From: Eledone cirrhosa | Taxonomy: Eukaryota | NCBI GenBank assembly: GCA_964016885.1 | Contig: OZ024740.1 | Location: 321,594,001-321,658,000 of the forward strand | DNA: 64,000 nt | Direction: 5' to 3' | Shown here: in pieces, positions 55,169-64,000 of the stretch | How positions within the stretch are numbered: position 1 is the first letter of the stretch | Layout of the letters: each line of letters opens with the position of its first letter | Made by a program: the position numbers and the translations under genes | The notes under the pieces: model-generated | Databases searched by the model: none | Told to the model about the DNA's origin: nothing | Seen by the model: the letters and a program-made list of their open reading frames with translations, nothing else

Positions 55169-55211
55169 GTAATCCTGATGATTTCTAATAAGAATGAAAC
55201 GCGTAGGTTAC
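55169..55211 (+). ncRNA. Type I hammerhead ribozyme (family C); degenerate relative at 54684-54728
   Basis: GTAATC-CTGATGA-tTTCT(aata)AGAAt-GAAAC-GC-GTA-GGTTAC. Confidence 0.8.
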
Positions 55212-55826
55212 TTCCCTTGCTTTTATCGAGAATCTCAAATTGTAATACGTGACGTATTCTATTCTATAGCGATTGGGTCTTCGAAATGTTTATTATAAAC
55301 ATACAGAATATTTTCGAATATTCTATGTTTGTCTTCACATATATATCGCTATTTCAGAGCATTATATCCAAATATATATGTATATATATATATATATATA
55401 CATCCCTATATGTATTTTTTACACGTAGGAATTCATACTTTATTATTATTGATCTCCCCCTAAGGTAGAGATAAAACTTGGCCGTTTGGACTTCTGCTAT
55501 TTCTAGTGGCAGGACATTGACCTGTCCACCCTGCCTTTTGTCTTTGCACACGGCACCAGACAGAATTATTTCTTTCATCATTCGCTCTCATTTGGGAATG
55601 GTTTTGTATGGCGTCAGTTTGTGATTTGAACTCAGGAATTTTATATTCTCCGAGGGAGAAGAGCCTTCTGAAGATAGCTCCCTTCTCAATGGAAGTCTAC
55701 TTGGATTTTCCGTTTATTCTGGAGCTTGAAACCGCGGTAAAGGCACATATAGTAAGTACAGCGAATCTTTTAAAATTTATTTTAAAACTTTTTCTCTATT
55801 TGCTAGACCTTTATTTTATATGTATG

Positions 55827-55966
<140 letters not shown>

Positions 55967-55976
55967 TGTATGTATG

Positions 55977-56034
<58 letters not shown>

Positions 56035-56049
56035 CATATATATATATAC

Positions 56050-56145
<96 letters not shown>

Positions 56146-56663
56146 GTGTGTGTGTATGTATGTATATATATGTATGTATAATTCTCAACGCTTAAATGCC
56201 GAAAATTCGGCTTCGTATATTATTTACATATATATGTAATTGAGAAGCAGCTTCGTACGATGCCAGCTAACCCGACACAGATGTGAGCTGTAACAAAAGA
56301 TGACACAGTGGAGTCAAATCCGAAATGACTGAATCAAATTATTGCATTTCTCAGGCTAAATAAATTGGATTTATCATAACCCCCGGTTTCTGATGATAGC
56401 AGTTTATCTTGGGTTATTAACTGTTTCTGTGATTGATGTAATGTCATTAATTAGCAGCCATAAATAACAGCGTAAAAAAATAATTAATACAAATGAAGTT
56501 ATGAATATTTGCTGGCACATTAATTGACGTCACACTAATTAATACAACTCTTACATAAGCTACAGTGAGTTTTTCAATAACGTTGGCCGCTGCCTTGTCG
56601 TAACACATATACAAACATACAACACACAGTACACACACATATATGCATATACACGGACACATT

Positions 56664-56723
<60 letters not shown>

Positions 56724-56724
56724 C

Positions 56725-56862
<138 letters not shown>

Positions 56863-57520
56863 CAATTTTGAGCCAAATTACGTAATGTCTCCTGATAATA
56901 GCTAATTTCTGTGAATCATGGTTTCAGTCAGAATTCCAGAAATCAAGTCTTGGACCGGGATTTTGATAGATTTATATCATACCCATTTTTTCTCACTGAT
57001 TAACGGATGTATGCACCCTGAGTATCAAGTTTGTATTTTTAATAATACAAACCTAGTTACATCATTGAGGGAGTGACAAACCCACCGAGGACGTGCCGAT
57101 TCTCTTCGACTAGCTTCGTGTGTGTGTATATATATATATATATATGTGTGTCACCCAAACGCGAGCACACACACCAAACACTATACACACACTCAAACGC
57201 ATGCGCCGAGAAGAAGACAAAAATAAATAAATAAATAAACAGATAAAATAAAAATGGCGTAGACATGCTATATAACAGGAGGAAACATAATAGTACCACT
57301 GATGATGTTGCAGATGTGCAACGAAAGAACTTTGTTAGACTATATATATGTATTTATATCTGTATTTTTGACCGTTGGTCAGTCAATGATAAACATTGAG
57401 GACCAAATGAATTAACTGTGGAGATATAAAAGATACAGAAGCAAAAACCAACCAAGCAGTGAGTGTGTTCTGTTATTATTTCTGCCAATATTATTACAAC
57501 AATATGGCCTCCCCAAGTAT

Positions 57521-57572
<52 letters not shown>

Positions 57573-57604
57573 ATTATGTAATAAACAACATAAGGCAATT
57601 ATTC

Positions 57605-57658
57605 CATTTACCAGTGGTTTCTTAAAAGCAAAAGGTTTTGCTTTCAATCCTCAGAATG
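57605..57658 (-). ncRNA. Type I hammerhead ribozyme in PLE-3 pLTR (identical copy 61901-61954; diverged paralog 59090-59143 -, 63289-63342 +)
   Basis: Reverse complement CATT-CTGAGGA-TTGAAAGCAAAA(cc)TTTTGCTTTTAA-GAAAC-CACTG-GTA-AATG. Confidence 0.85.
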
Positions 57659-57891
57659 AAAAATCCTGGTTTGTTTATTGAATATGGATTCTAAAAACGA
57701 AAATGCAATCTATATGAAAGTGAGGCTGGAAAAGGGAGAAGGAAAGGAAAAATAAAATAAAATAAAACTACACATGCAAACACACACAAAAAAAAAAAAA
57801 AAAAAAAAAAAAAAACCCAAAAGCATACTTACACACACACACATATATACACATATAATTTGCACGCATACACACATACACATACACATAC

Positions 57892-57946
<55 letters not shown>

Positions 57947-58037
57947 CACATACATACACATATATATATATAAAAAGAGCGTACACCTACACACACATAC
58001 ACATATATATACACACATATACACATACATACACACG

Positions 58038-58069
<32 letters not shown>

Positions 58070-58095
58070 TACATATATATACACATGTACATATC

Positions 58096-58139
<44 letters not shown>

Positions 58140-58162
58140 CATATACACACATATACACATAT

Positions 58163-58198
<36 letters not shown>

Positions 58199-58905
58199 GT
58201 GTGTACAAGCCTACACATACACACACACATATATATACACACACATATACATACATTCACACAAACATACAACGTACATACATACACATACATGAATGCA
58301 CTCCACTACATATTAACACACGCAAATAAATATAAGAAAAAATATATAAATAATATTAACAAATATTTGACAGCGATACATGCCCCAGCTAACAGGACAG
58401 ACACGCGTGGTAAGTAATACACACATAAGCGCATATACATACGTTCGAAATAGTAAACACATACACACACTCTCACACATAAATATACATATACAAATAC
58501 ATAAACACGTACATACACATACATACGCAAACACGTACACGTATACAATATAAACACACACATGTATATGTAATTATATACACACACACACACATATACA
58601 TATATATATATATATATATACATACAAAAATATAAAAATATAAACGCACACACACATATAAATACGTAAACACACATATACATACATAGCTAAACAATTA
58701 TACACATGCAAATACGTATATATCAAAAGAACGCACAACCAAATACAAACACACACACATATATACACACACACACACCCACACACAAACCCACACATAC
58801 ATAAAAATAAATAAAAACACACGCAACATATACATACATACACGTACATATACATATATACACACATACACATACATACATATATATACACGCATATATA
58901 TACAC

Positions 58906-58941
<36 letters not shown>

Positions 58942-59185
58942 GTACACGTACACATACACACATGCATACACATACACACACACATATACATGTGTGTATG
59001 TGTAAAGCTCAGTATTAGATAAGACAAATGAACCTTACATAAACGTATATATAGTAGTAAAGTAATAAAGCCATACAAGGCAATTAATCCATTCACCAGA
59101 GGTTTCTTAAAAGCAAAAAAAGTTTCCTTCAATCTTCAGAATGAAATATACAAATATATACACACATACAGACACGCACACACAC

Positions 59186-59217
<32 letters not shown>

Positions 59218-59544
59218 GTACATATATATATATATATATATATACAGACATATATACACACATACACACACATACATATACACACATACATACACATATA
59301 TATACATACACAACCATATACGTACACATATACATATATACACACAAAAATACATACACATACACATAGGTATGTGAAGGGCAAAACAAAAAGAATATAT
59401 GGGGTGGGGGGCCTAGAGGAGGTAAAAATATAAAGGGAGGTAAGGGAGAAAAAAAAAAAAATATATTTTTTAAAAATACAAGAGTACAGAAGGTAGAAGC
59501 AGCAAAATAAAAGCCGTAGCAAAAGTAAAGAGCAGAGAAGGAGT

Positions 59545-61678
59545 TCAAGGCGGTTGATTTATCGTAGGAGTGTCAATCCAGTTACAGATCAGATGCGATT
59601 TCAGATGAGGACAGCATCTGAAGATCTCAGTCTTAGAGTTAAGGCAAGCGGAAGTGTCTCTCAAGTTTAGCAAAATCCTATACTTTTCTGTGGTACACAA
59701 AGAACAATTCTTTGTGCCCCTTTGGTACTCCCTCGAATGGTCTAATATAGACCAATCAATAGAGTACGGGATATTACTATCCTTGAGATCCCATACCTTA
59801 CTTGCGAGGGCCGTTGATGTTCGTTTATCTGAGTGTTTAAAAGAAGCGACATGTGAGTAAAATCTGGTTTTAAACCTGTCCTGGGTCATACCGACATATC
59901 GCTCGCTTCTGGCTGGCTGGTTGTTGATAACTGGCGTTATTTTAGCCTCATAAACGACAGATTTTGTTTTACATTTACCCTGCAATGGGCATTCATCCGG
60001 CTTCCTGCAACTGCATCCTGGATTTATCCTCGTACGGTTTGAACTGGTGATTTTGGATTTCATGGATGGACAACAAGAGTAGCTGATCTTAACTACATTC
60101 CTATTAAAAATCTTATAATATCTATGAATAGGAGGAAAATGTTTGTCTAATAGTTCAAGGAATTTCCTTCCTACATTAGTTTTGACATTTAGAGAGAAGG
60201 GGGGTGTGAACCAAATAATCTTCCTTTTCCTGTTATTATGGTTAGTTTTAGGGGGGGGGAATAGGTAAATAAGAAATATTTTCTGTAAAACCGCTGTTCT
60301 TAAGGGCTTTATTATAATAAGGGGCGGCTTTATTAAAAATGTCTATAGACGAAGATAAAGTAGAAATCCTACGGCTAATGTTAGGAATAAGATTTTTAAA
60401 AACTATAGGGGGATGGCAAGACTCTTTGTGTATATACCTAAGATTTTCATTAGGTTTATGATAGGGTTTAAAAGAGGCAGTAAGTAGATCAAGATTAATA
60501 TCAAGAAAGTTAGCATTAGTAAGGTTCGTATCTATAGTAATTTTAAGGTTAAGATTAGCAAAGGTACTAATTAAATCTTTACGGAATTTATCAAGATTAT
60601 GGCCATTGGTGGTATGAGAAACTGCTAATCCGTCATCACGGTATAAACCGATATTATGGGACGGAAATTTCTCTTTGAGTGTGTGGAGAAGGAATAATCC
60701 TACTAAGTCGCACACATCCGCACTGTCATAAGAACCCATTGCAACATCGAAAGAGTTTTCAGGGTTTGACTTTTTAACCCAAATCTTATCATTAGTAAAA
60801 AGTAAAGTTTTTCTGGCATGAAAGATAATGTCCTCTTCTAATTTGGAGATATTAATGAAGGGTCTTGCAAAATCTAAGGCTTTAGTTAATAAGGAAACGG
60901 TAATAGAAGGGTAAAAATCGACAGTATCAAATTGCGTAAATCTACACTTATTTTTACCTTGTATATTATTGAACCAAGAAATAACAGAGGAAGTATTTAG
61001 CCACTGTGAAAGGACAGTGTTAGTTCTAATTTGGATAATTATTTTTCTTAAGATTTTCTTACTAGCAAGGCCAACCTCGGATTTAGCCGGGTTAATCAGT
61101 CTACAACTAGGTCGATTAGTAAAGTCCAATTTATGGTCTTTAAGGGTAATATATGCTTTACGCTTAGCTAAGCTTTCAATCCGGTTATCTATTTGTAAAG
61201 AACTAGCTAGTTCTTTAGCTTCTTTATTGATAGTATTGTAGCTATTATTATTAGTTAATTGATATTTATTGGTAATACTATTAGTTAAAAGTTGGTTATA
61301 CAAATTACTATTAACTTCAAAGAGGTTTTTGGTTTTATCAGAAAGAACAAAAGTGTTTGTAGAATTTCTAAAATTAGAGATATCGTGAGAAAGTTTAGTT
61401 TGAAAATTATTATTGTACTTACGAAATTTGATATCACTAATTAGATTAACGAGGTCTAATTCGAAGTTGGCCATATCTTTAATTCTAGGTGGATATTTAC
61501 GGGATTTAATGTCAAAATTATCTTTAGTATCAGCACTGAATAGTCCATCGTAAACCATTGCCTTCCATCTCATTCTTTTAACGACTTGCTCGATTTTATC
61601 AATGAGGATTTTGGTGTATGTTGTGTTGGAAGGAGTGGGTATGTTTTTGATAGAATAATCCAAATCATAAAGGTCCAT
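59545..61678 (-). CDS. PLE RT + GIY-YIG polyprotein (same type as PLE-2) with one frameshift at a G9 run (60251-60259)
   Basis: SDKTKN, LKDHK, RLINPAKS, FDTVDFYPSI, MGSYDSADVCDLVG, GLYRDD, CSCR..CPLQGKC..VVY..YVGMT, CSLCTTEK, CCPH. Confidence 0.9.
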
Positions 61679-62034
61679 GGTGTATGTTGGTTAAATTCCT
61701 GAAAACTGTAGAGTGCTCAACTAATCGGGCTGGAAAGTGCCAATCGTATATGTAATATCGAATATGCTGCGATCAATCCCGGTTGGAGCTGTATAAATGA
61801 AGTAATTCCATCGGAAAAGTCCAGGAAAAAAGAGTGCTCTATGTAAGCAACAGAGCTTAATTATTATTATTATGTAATAAACAACATAAGGCAATTATTC
61901 CATTTACCAGTGGTTTCTTAAAAGCAAAAGGTTTTGCTTTCAATCCTCAGAATGAAAAATCCTGGTTTGTTTATTGAATATGGATTCTAAAAACGAAAAT
62001 GCAATCTATATGAAAGTGAGGCTGGAAAAGGGTA

Positions 62035-62885
62035 AAAATCTTATTCCTAACATTAGCCGTAGGATTTCTACTTTATCTTCGTCTATAGACATTTTTAATA
62101 AAGCCGCCCCTTATTATAATAAAGCCCTTAAGAACAGCGGTTTTACAGAAAATATTTCTTATTTACCTATTCCCCCCCCTAAAACTAACCATAATAACAG
62201 GAAAAGGAAGATTATTTGGTTCACACCCCCCTTCTCTCTAAATGTCAAAACTAATGTAGGAAGGAAATTCCTTGAACTATTAGACAAACATTTTCCTCCT
62301 ATTCATAGATATTATAAGATTTTTAATAGGAATGTAGTTAAGATCAGCTACTCTTGTTGTCCATCCATGAAATCCAAAATCACCAGTTCAAACCGTACGA
62401 GGATAAATCCAGGATGCAGTTGCAGGAAGCCGGATGAATGCCCATTGCAGGGTAAATGTAAAACAAAATCTGTCGTTTATGAGGCTAAAATAACGCCAGT
62501 TATCAACAACCAGCCAGCCAGAAGCGAGCGATATGTCGGTATGACCCAGGACAGGTTTAAAACCAGATTTTACTCACATGTCGCTTCTTTTAAACACTCA
62601 GATAAACGAACATCAACGGCCCTCGCAAGTAAGGTATGGGATCTCAAGGATAGTAATATCCCGTACTCTATTGATTGGTCTATATTAGACCATTCGAGGG
62701 AGTACCAAAGGGGCACAAAGAATTGTTCTTTGTGTACCACAGAAAAGTATAGGATTTTGCTAAACTTGAGAGACACTTCCGCTTGCCTTAACTCTAAGAC
62801 TGAGATCTTCAGATGCTGTCCTCATCTGAAATCGCATCTGATCTGTAACTGGATTGACACTCCTACGATAAATCAACCGCCTTGA
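62035..62885 (+). pseudogene. Inverted duplicate of the PLE-3 thumb + GIY-YIG region
   Basis: Protein identical to the minus-strand copy. The N-terminal MNMDSKNE.. of the listed ORF is read-through from the pLTR. Confidence 0.88.
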
Positions 62886-63212
62886 ACTCCTTCTCTGCTC
62901 TTTACTTTTGCTACGGCTTTTATTTTGCTGCTTCTACCTTCTGTACTCTTGTATTTTTAAAAAATATATTTTTTTTTTTTTCTCCCTTACCTCCCTTTAT
63001 ATTTTTACCTCCTCTAGGCCCCCCACCCCATATATTCTTTTTGTTTTGCCCTTCACATACCTATGTGTATGTGTATGTATTTTTGTGTGTATATATGTAT
63101 ATGTGTACGTATATGGTTGTGTATGTATATATATGTGTATGTATGTGTGTATATGTATGTGTGTGTATGTGTGTATATATGTCTGTATATATATATATAT
63201 ATATATATGTAC

Positions 63213-63246
<34 letters not shown>

Positions 63247-64000
63247 GTGTGTGTGCGTGTCTGTATGTGTGTATATATTTGTATATTTCATTCTGAAGAT
63301 TGAAGGAAACTTTTTTTGCTTTTAAGAAACCTCTGGTGAATGGATTAATTGCCTTGTATGGCTTTATTACTTTACTACTATATATACGTTTATGTAAGGT
63401 TCATTTGTCTTATCTAATACTGAGCTTTACACATACACACATGTATATGTGTGTGTGTATGTGTATGCATGTGTGTATGTGTACGTGTACGTGTGTATAT
63501 ATATATATATATATATATATTTGTGTGTATATATATGCGTGTATATATATGTATGTATGTGTATGTGTGTATATATGTATATGTACGTGTATGTATGTAT
63601 ATGTTGCGTGTGTTTTTATTTATTTTTATGTATGTGTGGGTTTGTGTGTGGGTGTGTGTGTGTGTATATATGTGTGTGTGTTTGTATTTGGTTGTGCGTT
63701 CTTTTGATATATACGTATTTGCATGTGTATAATTGTTTAGCTATGTATGTATATGTGTGTTTACGTATTTATATGTGTGTGTGCGTTTATATTTTTATAT
63801 TTTTGTATGTATATATATATATATATATATGTATATGTGTGTGTGTGTGTATATAATTACATATACATGTGTGTGTTTATATTGTATACGTGTACGTGTT
63901 TGCGTATGTATGTGTATGTACGTGTTTATGTATTTGTATATGTATATTTATGTGTGAGAGTGTGTGTATGTGTTTACTATTTCGAACGTATGTATATGCG

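Larger units (their letters stand above)
57566..64000 (-). mobile_element. Penelope-like element PLE-3: full-length minus-strand copy (57566-62032) plus inverted partial copy (62033 to window end)
   Basis: pLTR segment 57566-57737 is repeated at 61861-62032; 62035-64000 is the reverse complement of ~58428-60397; the 3' end runs into (TA)n. Confidence 0.95.

Overview
Eukaryotic, AT-rich, microsatellite-saturated genomic DNA with no recognisable host-gene exon. The repeat content (a very abundant ~190-bp tRNA-like SINE, long (TA)n/(CA)n/(ATGT)n tracts) suggests an invertebrate, most likely an octopus; this is an inference. The window is a nest of mobile elements. There are at least five Penelope-like retroelements (PLEs; RT + C-terminal GIY-YIG): one intact 821-aa copy (29331-31796), one near-intact copy with a large inverted duplication (57566-64000) and several truncated copies with inverted pseudo-LTRs. 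It also holds a head-to-tail pair of Tx1/L1-type LINEs in (AAT)n, RTE and R4/Dong-type LINE remnants in (ATGT)n, a DD37D/maT transposon, Helitron and hAT remnants, about 25 SINE copies and a 40x30-bp minisatellite. The most striking signal not shown by the ORF track is about 30 hammerhead-ribozyme (HHR)-like motifs of well over a dozen sequence types, read by eye on both strands. Some sit in PLE pLTRs and others in small non-coding, terminally redundant or fold-back elements (retrozyme-like). One small family shows a covarying outer helix around its ribozyme. Most ORFs in the track are microsatellite artefacts.
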